A DNA stretch of 26,436 nucleotides from a virus (lineage: Duplodnaviria; Caudoviricetes). Below are positions 1-8,576 of this stretch, in pieces. The stretch spans positions 1 through 26,436 of the IMG/VR virus record IMGVR_UViG_3300048886_000684. The stretch is one strand, 5' to 3'. Made by a program: the position numbers and the translations under genes. How positions within the stretch are numbered: the first letter of the stretch is position 1; every line of letters begins with the position of its first letter. The notes below the pieces were generated by a model that worked only from the letters and a program-made list of their open reading frames with translations, was not told where the DNA came from and made no database searches.

Positions 1-1034
1 TTATCGAAGATAATCAAAAAATCGTGGGTGCTGTTACTCGCGGCATTATTGATATTATTGGCCGCAGCGCTAGTGGGCAACAAGGTATTAGAAAAGATGC
101 TCTTGACGTAACTAATGCACGTAAATTCGAACGGGGTGAGGATTATAAGTTTAATGCTAACGTAGACCCGAGACAAGCATTTCATATGGAAGTATACCCA
201 GAGATTCCTAGATCTGCATTAGAAGTATTAAACATGCAGAATAACGATGCTGAAGCATTAACAGGCGTTAAAGCATTTACTCAAGGTATTTCAGGGCAAG
301 CATTAGGAGTTACGGCTACTGGTATTAGATCAGCACTTGATGCTACTTCTAAACGTGAATTAGGTATTTTACGTAGACTCTCTAATGGATTAAATCAGAT
401 TGGTCGTAAAGTTATTTCAATGAATTCAGAGTTCCTGGAAGACGAAGAAATTATTCGTATTACCAATGAAAAGTTTATAGCTATTAATCGAAATGACTTA
501 GGAGGGAAATATGATATCAAGCTTAATATTTCTACTGCTGAAGCTGATGAACAAAAAGGTAGTGAACTAGCATTTATGCTACAAACTATGGGTAATACTA
601 TGCCTCCAGAAATGAGCCAGATGATATTAGCTGATATTGCTAAATTACGTAAGATGCCTGATTTAGCTAAACGCATTGCCGAATACCAACCTCAACCTAA
701 TCCATTAGCACAACAAAAAGCACAATTAGAATTAGCATTACTTCAAGCACAAGTTCAGAATGAAACTGCCAAGGGTAAAGAGAATTTCGTTGATGTTGAA
801 CTTAAGAGTGCCAAGACTCAAACAGAACTTGCTAAAGCACGAAGTATGCATAGTGATTCTGATAATAAGGATCTAGACTTTGTTGATAAAGAATCTGGAG
901 CCAGAGATATGAGAGATATGGGTTTAGAAGATAGAAAGCATGCTCAAAATATGGAGAGTAAAGAGCATGATAGGTTATCTAATCTTGATAAAAGTGCATT
1001 TGATCAATTAACTAAAACACAAGGGGGAGTATGA
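1..1034 (+). CDS. Portal protein, N4 gp59-like, C-terminal part (5'-truncated)
   Basis: The frame stays open upstream of the GTG at 24 (from nt 3: IEDNQKIVGAVTRGIIDIIGRSA). This segment and EALTGVKAF, ALDATSKRELGILRRL and LAFMLQTMG match my recollection of N4-like portals. C-terminal coiled coil; located upstream of the capsid genes. Confidence 0.9.
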   Translation, partial: IEDNQKIVGAVTRGIIDIIGRSASGQQGIRKDALDVTNARKFERGEDYKFNANVDPRQAFHMEVYPEIPRSALEVLNMQNNDAEALTGVKAFTQGISGQALGVTATGIRSALDATSKRELGILRRLSNGLNQIGRKVISMNSEFLEDEEIIRITNEKFIAINRNDLGGKYDIKLNISTAEADEQKGSELAFMLQTMGNTMPPEMSQMILADIAKLRKMPDLAKRIAEYQPQPNPLAQQKAQLELALLQAQVQNETAKGKENFVDVELKSAKTQTELAKARSMHSDSDNKDLDFVDKESGARDMRDMGLEDRKHAQNMESKEHDRLSNLDKSAFDQLTKTQGGV

Positions 1035-1363
1035 CAGATTTAGAACAAGTTGAAATCCAAATTGATATGGCTCAAAAATTAAGAAAAATGAGAGATAATT
1101 GTGTTAAATTAACGGCTAGCGAACCATGGAAAGATATTATTGGTGAGGGGTATTTTAAGGAAGAAGCAGCTAGGTTAGTTATGGCTAAAAGTTCTCATCT
1201 TACGCCTGAACAAATGCAGTTAATTGATAACATGCAATATGGTATTGGAGCTTTAGCTAATTATATTGAATCTGTTATGAGACGTGGTGCCGAAATGGAT
1301 CAAGCTATAGGTGAACATGAAGAAACTCGTGAAGAAATTTTAGCTGAGGAGATAAGTGTATGA
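1031..1363 (+). CDS. Conserved N4-like head-module hypothetical protein (gp58-like)
   Basis: 110 aa, helical; ATGA overlap with the portal stop; GGGGAG just upstream; motif IIGEGYFKEEAARLV; lies between portal and gp57-like gene. Confidence 0.75.
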   Translation: MTDLEQVEIQIDMAQKLRKMRDNCVKLTASEPWKDIIGEGYFKEEAARLVMAKSSHLTPEQMQLIDNMQYGIGALANYIESVMRRGAEMDQAIGEHEETREEILAEEISV

Positions 1364-2496
1364 CACAAACTTCCTTAGGCTTATCTGATACAGAATTTTT
1401 AGAAAAAGATCCTGCTGAGCTTTTAGCTGAAACAGACGAAAAGCCAGCTGAACAAGAAATTGAATCATCAGATAAAACTGATGAGGATAAGGTTGCTACC
1501 TCCGAAGAGGAGGTAAGTGAAGCACAGGAGCAAACTGAAAGTGAAACTATTAAGGAAGAAGTAAGCCAACCTGAAGGGGATACCCAGACGGAGCCTGAAC
1601 CTTTCGCTGATAGTGATACGACAGAATCTCTTGATACTAGTAAGATAGACTCGACTGATACAGAGGGGGATACTCCGGAAACTACAGAGTTTGATTACGA
1701 AAGTGCTTATAAAAAGGTATCTGAACCTTTCAAAGCCAATGGCGTTGATATGCAGGTTAAGAGCCCTGAGGATATTATCCGTCTAATGCAGATGGGTGCT
1801 AATTATCAGAAGAAGATGGGCAAATTAAAACCCAATCTGAAGATAATTAAGATGTTAGAAAACAATGAGCTTCTTGATGAAGCTAAATTGAATAATCTAA
1901 TTGATTTATCCAAAAAGGACCCTAAAGCTATCGCCAAGCTTGTTAAAGAAAGCGATGTAGATCCTTTAGAAATCGACAAAGATGCACCCACAGAATACGA
2001 ACCAACTAACTATTCTATTACAGATAAAGAATATAATTTGGATCGTGTACTCGATGACATCAAAGATACCGAAACATTTAATAAAACCATTAATGTTTTA
2101 ACTAAGGAATGGGATACAGAAAGTAGAAGTGCTATCTCAGACCAACCTGAAATTATTGGGATTGTTAATGCACATATGGCTAATGGTATTTATGATGAAA
2201 TAAACGCAGTATTACAACAGGAAAAAGCATTAGGTAAACTAAATGGAATTCCTGATGTAGAAGCGTATCGACAAGTTGCAGAACATATGAATAAAAATAA
2301 TATGTTTAAGCAACCTGAATCTGCTGGGAAGTCGAAAGTATCAAGTAAAACTGACGAAAAAGCTGAGGCTGATCGTGATAAAAAACGAAAAGCAGCAGCA
2401 CCGGTCAAGCAGACTACTACAAAGAAAGCTCCACCTGATGATAACTTTTTAGGTTTATCAGATGAAGATTTTATGAAGAAGTATGCTGTCCGGTAA
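1360..2496 (+). CDS. N4 gp57-like protein (often labelled tape measure; probably a capsid scaffold/assembly protein)
   Basis: ATGA overlap and GAGGAG SD; long acidic disordered N-terminus; core PFKANG...LMQMGANYQKKM...LIDLSKKDPKAIAKL typical of the family; directly upstream of the capsid gene. Confidence 0.8.
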   Translation: MTQTSLGLSDTEFLEKDPAELLAETDEKPAEQEIESSDKTDEDKVATSEEEVSEAQEQTESETIKEEVSQPEGDTQTEPEPFADSDTTESLDTSKIDSTDTEGDTPETTEFDYESAYKKVSEPFKANGVDMQVKSPEDIIRLMQMGANYQKKMGKLKPNLKIIKMLENNELLDEAKLNNLIDLSKKDPKAIAKLVKESDVDPLEIDKDAPTEYEPTNYSITDKEYNLDRVLDDIKDTETFNKTINVLTKEWDTESRSAISDQPEIIGIVNAHMANGIYDEINAVLQQEKALGKLNGIPDVEAYRQVAEHMNKNNMFKQPESAGKSKVSSKTDEKAEADRDKKRKAAAPVKQTTTKKAPPDDNFLGLSDEDFMKKYAVR

Positions 2497-2529
2497 CTAA
2501 TCACTATATAAATAGGAGCCTAGTGAAAA

Positions 2530-3861
2530 ATGGCTGGCGAAACTTTATATAATACTCCTAGTCAGGGCACCCCTGCTGGATCTGCTTCCAGTATAGGCGC
2601 CCAGGCGGTAATGGACTATTATTTCAAAAAAGCTCTTATTGCTGTTCGGGATCACCAGTATTTCATGCCTTTGGCTGATGTACGAGCGATGCCTAAGCAT
2701 ATGGGCAAGAAGATTAAGCAGGATGTCTACGTTCCTTTGATTGATGTAGCAAATACAGGTACTCAGGGACTAGATCAAGATGGATTGTATGATCAAGCTA
2801 CACAAAATACCTGGACTGGCTGGAATAGTTCAGGTGTTGTAGTCGATGATGCTTACGCAAATGAAACGGCTGCTATAGCAGGTTCTGGTGTAGTAGACGT
2901 TGCACGAAATGACCAAAATTTTTATGGTTCATATAAAGATATTGGTGCCATTAAAAAGAAGATCCCAACTTTACGTGAGAACGGTGGTCGTGTTAACCGA
3001 GTAGGTTTCACGCGTACTCAAGTTGAAGGGGATTTGCTTAAACGTGGTTTTTTTACTGAGTATACTCAAGAATCAATGGACTTCGATTCTGATGCAGATT
3101 TGTTGTCTCATATTGTTGAGGAAGCTCTTGTAGGTGCTAATGAATTGACTGAAGCTGAGCTTCAGAATGATTTGATTACTACCGCAACTTCTGATGGTAC
3201 GGCTTACTATATGTCTGGTGCTGATGGAGTTACAGTTGGTGGTACTTTAGAAGTTGATGAAGTTGTTAATTACACAACTATGATGAATCTTTCTATTGCT
3301 TTGGATGATGCTAAATGTCCTAAGCAAACAAAGATTATTAGTGGTTCTCGTATGATTGATACTAAAACCATTAATGGTGGTCGAGTTATGTTTATCGGAA
3401 CTGAGTTAATTCCTATAGTACGTAAAATGAAAGATATTGCAGGTACAACTGTTGGTTCAGCTTTTGTTGGCGTAGAAAAATATGCTGACGCTGGCACTAT
3501 TATGCATGGTGAAATTGGTTCTATTGATCAATTTCGTATTGTTGTAGTTCCAGAAATGCAGTATGACCGTTTAGGTGGTGCTGCTGGCGGAACAACTGAT
3601 GGTACTGGTAAAGATGGTGCTGATATTTATCCAATGCTAGTTGTTGGAGATGGCGCATTTACTACTATCGGTTTTCAAACTGATGGCAAGAGTGTTAAAT
3701 TTACCGTTAATCATAAGAAGCCTGGTAAAGAAATTGCTTCTTTAGATGATCCATATGGTGAGGTAGGGTTCTACTCCATCAAATGGTATTACGGCTTTAT
3801 GGCACTTCGTCCAGAGCGTTTAGGTATTATTTGGACTGCTCTAACGTCAACAGGTCCGTAG
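2530..3861 (+). CDS. Major capsid protein, N4 gp56 family
   Basis: AGGAG SD at 2514; motifs QYFMPLADVRAMPKHMGKKIK, PTLRENGGRVNRVGFTR, GFFTEYTQES and DPYGEVGFYSIKWYYGFMALRPER characteristic of N4-like major capsid proteins. Confidence 0.95.
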   Translation: MAGETLYNTPSQGTPAGSASSIGAQAVMDYYFKKALIAVRDHQYFMPLADVRAMPKHMGKKIKQDVYVPLIDVANTGTQGLDQDGLYDQATQNTWTGWNSSGVVVDDAYANETAAIAGSGVVDVARNDQNFYGSYKDIGAIKKKIPTLRENGGRVNRVGFTRTQVEGDLLKRGFFTEYTQESMDFDSDADLLSHIVEEALVGANELTEAELQNDLITTATSDGTAYYMSGADGVTVGGTLEVDEVVNYTTMMNLSIALDDAKCPKQTKIISGSRMIDTKTINGGRVMFIGTELIPIVRKMKDIAGTTVGSAFVGVEKYADAGTIMHGEIGSIDQFRIVVVPEMQYDRLGGAAGGTTDGTGKDGADIYPMLVVGDGAFTTIGFQTDGKSVKFTVNHKKPGKEIASLDDPYGEVGFYSIKWYYGFMALRPERLGIIWTALTSTGP

Positions 3862-3882
3862 TAGTTAACATTGTTTAATCGT

Positions 3883-3927
3883 CCCTCCGACCGCTGCTCG
3901 CAGAGTAGCGGGAGGGGGAGACTTTTT
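3883..3927 (+). terminator. Probable intrinsic terminator after the major capsid gene
   Basis: GC-rich hairpin: CGCTGCTC-GCA-GAGTAGCG (one G.U pair), extended by CCCTCC/GGAGGG past a 3-nt bulge, followed by TTTTT at 3923-3927. Confidence 0.7.
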
Positions 3928-3941
3928 AATAGGAGAACGTC

Positions 3942-4238
3942 ATGGCTGGTGGACTAATAGGTAAAGCTGCTAAATTAGTAAAAGGTAAAAGTAGAAGCTA
4001 CACCAAGAAAAAACCTAATAAAGCTACTAGAAAAGCAAGAAATACGAGAAAAAATATTAAAAAAGCTAATGACGCAGAAGACCGTTATTGGGCAGGCAGT
4101 CCTAATCCTACAAAGCCTTCAACGCAGTCAAAGAAAAAGAGAGCTAAAGCAAAAGCAAAGTCTCGCTATAATCAAGAATTAAGAAAAGAAGACAGATATG
4201 AACGAGACAAATATGGAAGAAGTAACATCCCATTTTAA
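3942..4238 (+). CDS. Small, highly basic (Lys/Arg-rich) hypothetical protein
   Basis: AGGAGA SD at 3931; 98 aa; tiles the gap on the coding strand; very K/R-rich. Confidence 0.75.
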   Translation: MAGGLIGKAAKLVKGKSRSYTKKKPNKATRKARNTRKNIKKANDAEDRYWAGSPNPTKPSTQSKKKRAKAKAKSRYNQELRKEDRYERDKYGRSNIPF

Positions 4239-4250
4239 AGGAGAATAGCT

Positions 4251-4580
4251 ATGGTATTCCAAGTAATACCAAAATTTGCTCAATTAATACGTGCAGCAGT
4301 GAAGAAAGCTGGAGGTGGAACAGGTGCAGGAAGGGCAGCTAGTCAAGCAGCCAATAAACAAGTTATGCAAGAGCATCCTGAATGGTTTAAAAAAATTGGT
4401 AAGAATAAACCTAGTTCCATGAAACCAGGAAAAGCACCTACAACTGCACCTAAGAAAGGTAGTGCATGGGGTAGATTATCCCCAAAGATTAAAGATCAGC
4501 TTTTAAAGAAAAAAGGTAAAGGGATGAGTAAGATACAACTTGAAAAGTACAGAGAAATGTACAGAAATAGAAACCAATAA
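4251..4580 (+). CDS. Small basic (Lys/Gly/Ala-rich) hypothetical protein
   Basis: AGGAGA SD at 4239, directly after the previous stop; 109 aa; K-rich with an amphipathic-looking N-terminus. Confidence 0.75.
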   Translation: MVFQVIPKFAQLIRAAVKKAGGGTGAGRAASQAANKQVMQEHPEWFKKIGKNKPSSMKPGKAPTTAPKKGSAWGRLSPKIKDQLLKKKGKGMSKIQLEKYREMYRNRNQ

Positions 4581-4592
4581 ATAGGAGGAAGC

Positions 4593-5204
4593 ATGGAAGA
4601 CACTACAGCAGCAGTTCCCATTAACTCAATGACAGACGAAGAAATACGACAAGAGTTAACAGATAACGGAGTTACGTTACATCATAAAACTGGAACAAAG
4701 AAGCTTGCTTCTACTCTAGCTGACGTTAGAACTAAAGAGTATAAAGAAGACACTAAAACATCTACATCTAATCTTTCTGGTTCTACTGAAGCGTCTAGAG
4801 CTGCAAAAGCAAAACATTTAGCAGCCATGCAAACTAAAGAAAAATTAGCTATGAAACTTGTTCGTGTAGTAGTTACTCCTAATGATCCTAATATGGCTAA
4901 CTACCCAGGACTTATTTTTAGTGTAGGTGCTTCAGGACTTAATAATGGACGAATGATTAAAAAGTTTGTTCCTTTTAATAATGAAGAAGGATGGCATGTC
5001 CCGGTAATTCTTCTTAATCAGATTGAAAATGGTCAGATGCAGAAATTTAGAACTGTAACTAGAGCTAATGGTGAAAAAGTTTTGGAACCATATTTAACTA
5101 AGAAATTTAATGTACGAATTTTAGATCCTCTTACTGGAGAAGAAGTAGAAAGAGTTCTCGCAGCTAGTAAAGCTGCGGGCTTTAGTGTAGGAGCTACTAA
5201 CTAA
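4593..5204 (+). CDS. N4 gp55-like protein
   Basis: AGGAGG SD; short N-terminal helical DNA-binding-like module (DEEIRQELTDNGVTLHHKTGTKKL); family-like segments AMKLVRVVVTPNDP, KKFVPF...GWHVP and KFNVRILDPLT; synteny. Confidence 0.8.
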   Translation: MEDTTAAVPINSMTDEEIRQELTDNGVTLHHKTGTKKLASTLADVRTKEYKEDTKTSTSNLSGSTEASRAAKAKHLAAMQTKEKLAMKLVRVVVTPNDPNMANYPGLIFSVGASGLNNGRMIKKFVPFNNEEGWHVPVILLNQIENGQMQKFRTVTRANGEKVLEPYLTKKFNVRILDPLTGEEVERVLAASKAAGFSVGATN

Positions 5205-5725
5205 TGACTATTTCTATTGTTAATTTAACCCAGAATGTTGTTACAAGTGCCGATAATATAGTAACAGGTACCGGTATATTTGATGACATGATGACAACTG
5301 TCAATGCTCATATGGCTGCTCAGTTTAATCTAGGTCGAATTACTGGTAGTGATTACGCAACAGTATACCTAACGGCTATACAAGCTACTGTGCAACAAGC
5401 TGTAGCTTATACAATAGGTGCACAAAAAGGTAATGCTGAAGAATCTTTGTTATTCCAAAAAGAAGTCACAGAGTTTGCACAAACTGAACAAGAAACAAAA
5501 GTAGCTCCTACAGCTGGTAGTGTTGTTGGTAAAGCAAATAATTTAGTTAGTGAACAAGCAAAAGGATTTCAATGGAATGCAGATCAAAAGTATCTTAAAA
5601 CTCTTTTAGATGCTTGGAGTATTAATATTTCTACTGCTGGTGTAGCTTCTACAGGTGTAGTTGCTTTAAACACAACAGGTACAGGTAATATTAATACCCA
5701 AATAGCTAACGCCGAGCCTACCTAA
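5204..5725 (+). CDS. N4 gp54-like virion structural protein (putative tail tube)
   Basis: TAATG coupling to the upstream gene; motif GTGIFDDMM...AHM...GRITGSDYATVY and C-terminal LLDAWS match the gp54 family as I recall it; synteny. Confidence 0.75.
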   Translation: MTISIVNLTQNVVTSADNIVTGTGIFDDMMTTVNAHMAAQFNLGRITGSDYATVYLTAIQATVQQAVAYTIGAQKGNAEESLLFQKEVTEFAQTEQETKVAPTAGSVVGKANNLVSEQAKGFQWNADQKYLKTLLDAWSINISTAGVASTGVVALNTTGTGNINTQIANAEPT

Positions 5726-5739
5726 TAGGAGGGCGTTCT

Positions 5740-8508
5740 ATGAGTTTTGTTGCCAGTGTTTTCGAAGCAATAGTAGATGTTATTGTATTTATAGTTGAAG
5801 CTGTTGTACAAGTAGTTGAGATGGTTGTACAACTTATTATGGTACTTCTTGGCTGGGATAGTGGAAGTACCCAAATTATTGAATATTATGAAGTTCATAA
5901 TATCCCTCTGTTTGATGATGTAGATAATAAAAATCCCCTCCTAAATTCACTTATTCGTAGCATTGTAAACAATCAAGATATTGCCAGTAATCTTATATAT
6001 CACACTGCATTTCGTAGTCTTAAGGGCAATGTAAAAGATTTTATGAATTTTATTGACAATGGGCATTATTTTGAAAATTTTCCTACTGTAGAATCCTATA
6101 TTTTAACTATAGATTACACTGAGTTAACAGCTGCATTAAATACTCTCAACGGTGTTCCGTGTACTCCTGAAGGTTCTTATTTAAGAGCATTGTCGAAAGT
6201 TGATTGGGCTAAATACTGGCTTCAAGAGAATGCAGGATATAACGTAGGAACTAATACCATAGGGGAAGATCACTCTACAACAAGTACTAGTCCTATTACT
6301 CCTGCTGCAGATACGGTTACAGTAACCCCCTCTACCAATCATTTTGATATTGCTATAACTAGTGAAATAGCTAGTTCAGATGAAGTATTTGCTGATGAAC
6401 GATGGCAAGCTGATCTTACTAATATTGTTTATAATTCAGGACCAGATACCTACACAATTCCAGTATATAATGCAGCAACTGTTGGAAGCATAACTAGATA
6501 CTACACAGCACCTACTAAACCTACTGAATTACACTACGTTTCATTCTATTACAGAGATAGCGCTCCTTCTAGACAATACCTATTTATCTATAAAGTAGGT
6601 ACTGGAGTATACACGGATTTAGATACTATAGAAGAACCGATTGATATAGACGGTACCACCATTGAAGCACTCCCATGTGTCCCATTAAGACTAAGTAATT
6701 CTAATTACACTACCTTTGGTGCAACTAAAGCTGAGCAAATTGAAGATTTGTTAGATAGAATTCATTTAGATGCTGAAACAATTCTTGATACTATTTTAAC
6801 TGAATCATCTATTGCTCCAGGAGATTTAGATCATATTTATGTGAACTTTGGTATACGGATGTGGGATACCTCTCAAGCAGGAATGTCATATTTATATACT
6901 ATGTTTGAGAATTTATATCCTTCACAGGGGGTTACACAAGGTACTTATAACGATTCTCCAACAGGGGATGATAAACCGCAGAATAATATATTAATTACAA
7001 CAGACGATAATAAATTAGCATATCAATGGTCATATATTACATTCGAACATACTAGTTTAGCTGCTATTGATGCAGATAGTGGAAGTGTTGAAAATGGTAT
7101 CTATTATTCTGATATGTCTAGATTCGATTCTGATGATATTTTGGTGAATCCATATTTCGTTTCTTCTGGAAAAGGGACCTACAACGTAGGGTATAAAGCA
7201 GATGATCTGGATGAAGTACAGGATTTTCTAGATGGTAGTGGTGTACCAAATCCGGGTGCTACTAGTGGAGAAGCTACTAATTGGCTACAAGTAACTGAAC
7301 GCATGTCTTATAACAATCCTAGTCCTGTTTTACAAGAAGCAGATGGTTCTACTGCTGAATTAAAATATTTAACTCCTGATCTAGTCTATGAAAATAACGG
7401 TTCTGGTGTATTACGATTAATTGAATCAGCTTCGCATGAGACAACTGTAGGACAATCAATAACTTACTATTGTGTTAAACCTTCAGGATTAGATGCTTAT
7501 ACGGTAGTTGCTCCAATTTCTTCTTGTAGAGTTGTTGATGGGTCTAGCGGACACTTTAGAGTAGTTAAATTTAATCTTGGGAATAAAGGGGATTTGATGG
7601 TCCCATTTATTCATAATTTTATTAAAGACTTATCTAATACTCAAGTTAGTAAACTCTTTTTAGCAGGAGGTCATGCATCAATATATGTAGCTCATTATGA
7701 AAAAATTGTCCATGAAGGTATGAGTTTTCTCCAAGCCCTTGTAATGATTATTATCATTATAGTTATTGTTTATTTCACTTGGGGAACAGGGACGGGAGAA
7801 GCTTTAACTTTAATGGACGCACTGATTGTTGCAGGTACTACAGGGGGTATTTCAGCAATGGCAACTGTTTTCTTTGCTGCCCTCCCTGGTCTAGTTATGG
7901 ATATGGTCGTTCAAATGGCCATTCAAATGATTATTACAGAAATAGCTGGGGATAATTCAGAACTAGCAATGATTCTTAATTTAGTTGCTATGGTAGGTAT
8001 GGCTGCAGTTTCATACGGATCAGCTCCAAATACAGCACCTGTAGGCAGTTATGGGCCTACAGGCGGAGCAACTATAGGTGCTGGTGGGGGTAGTTTAGTT
8101 ATGCCAGGAACTGTAAATCCTCAAGGATTTCATTTTAATTTTAGTAAGGTTTTTACCCCTGTAAATCTTGTAAAGTTTGCTTATGGAGCTTTAAAAGGCA
8201 TAGGATCTATGCAACAAATGACTATTCATGCGTTAGGAGAGGAAATAGCTTCAGATCAGGCAGCTCATTATGCAGAACAGAAGCAAATAAGAGAGGAAAC
8301 CAAAGAAATGCAAGATTGGATAGACCAGTATACTGCAAAATCAATAGATCTAAAAGGAGCTTTCCAATTAGGATGGAAAGTGAAAAATATAGCATTAGGT
8401 CCAGAAGATTTTTATAGAGCAACGTGTACTGAATATGTTGCTATGAATACTGCAATTTATCAAAATCAGCACGATGGACTAAACAGTATTGAACTAATGT
8501 ATGGATAG
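5740..8508 (+). CDS. N4 gp53-like large structural/tail protein with hydrophobic segments
   Basis: AGGAGGG SD; 922 aa; family-like segments PCVPLRL, DLDHIYVNFGI and YLYTMFENL; multiple C-terminal hydrophobic helices followed by a coiled coil; synteny. Confidence 0.75.
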   Translation: MSFVASVFEAIVDVIVFIVEAVVQVVEMVVQLIMVLLGWDSGSTQIIEYYEVHNIPLFDDVDNKNPLLNSLIRSIVNNQDIASNLIYHTAFRSLKGNVKDFMNFIDNGHYFENFPTVESYILTIDYTELTAALNTLNGVPCTPEGSYLRALSKVDWAKYWLQENAGYNVGTNTIGEDHSTTSTSPITPAADTVTVTPSTNHFDIAITSEIASSDEVFADERWQADLTNIVYNSGPDTYTIPVYNAATVGSITRYYTAPTKPTELHYVSFYYRDSAPSRQYLFIYKVGTGVYTDLDTIEEPIDIDGTTIEALPCVPLRLSNSNYTTFGATKAEQIEDLLDRIHLDAETILDTILTESSIAPGDLDHIYVNFGIRMWDTSQAGMSYLYTMFENLYPSQGVTQGTYNDSPTGDDKPQNNILITTDDNKLAYQWSYITFEHTSLAAIDADSGSVENGIYYSDMSRFDSDDILVNPYFVSSGKGTYNVGYKADDLDEVQDFLDGSGVPNPGATSGEATNWLQVTERMSYNNPSPVLQEADGSTAELKYLTPDLVYENNGSGVLRLIESASHETTVGQSITYYCVKPSGLDAYTVVAPISSCRVVDGSSGHFRVVKFNLGNKGDLMVPFIHNFIKDLSNTQVSKLFLAGGHASIYVAHYEKIVHEGMSFLQALVMIIIIIVIVYFTWGTGTGEALTLMDALIVAGTTGGISAMATVFFAALPGLVMDMVVQMAIQMIITEIAGDNSELAMILNLVAMVGMAAVSYGSAPNTAPVGSYGPTGGATIGAGGGSLVMPGTVNPQGFHFNFSKVFTPVNLVKFAYGALKGIGSMQQMTIHALGEEIASDQAAHYAEQKQIREETKEMQDWIDQYTAKSIDLKGAFQLGWKVKNIALGPEDFYRATCTEYVAMNTAIYQNQHDGLNSIELMYG

Positions 8509-8511
8509 AGA

Positions 8512-8540
8512 TAGACAATTAAATTAAATAGCGGTAATAT
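8512..8540 (+). promoter_or_regulatory. Putative sigma70-like late promoter for the ejection-protein genes
   Basis: TAGACA (8512-8517), 17-bp spacer, TAATAT (8535-8540), in a 68-bp intergenic gap; the palindrome GTAATATTAC (8534-8543) overlaps the -10 element. Confidence 0.5.
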
Positions 8541-8576
8541 TACGTATTATATTAGTAGTATATAAGGAGATAAGTT

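Noticed and set aside
3892-3910. C-GCA-G hairpin as an N4 vRNAP-type promoter
   Set aside because: vRNAP hairpin promoters lie in the early region and favour a purine in the loop centre. The position after the capsid gene and the T-run fit a terminator better.
7720-8508. Internal restart at MSFLQ, resembling the N-terminal MSFVA
   Set aside because: The similarity is only three codons and there is no properly spaced SD.
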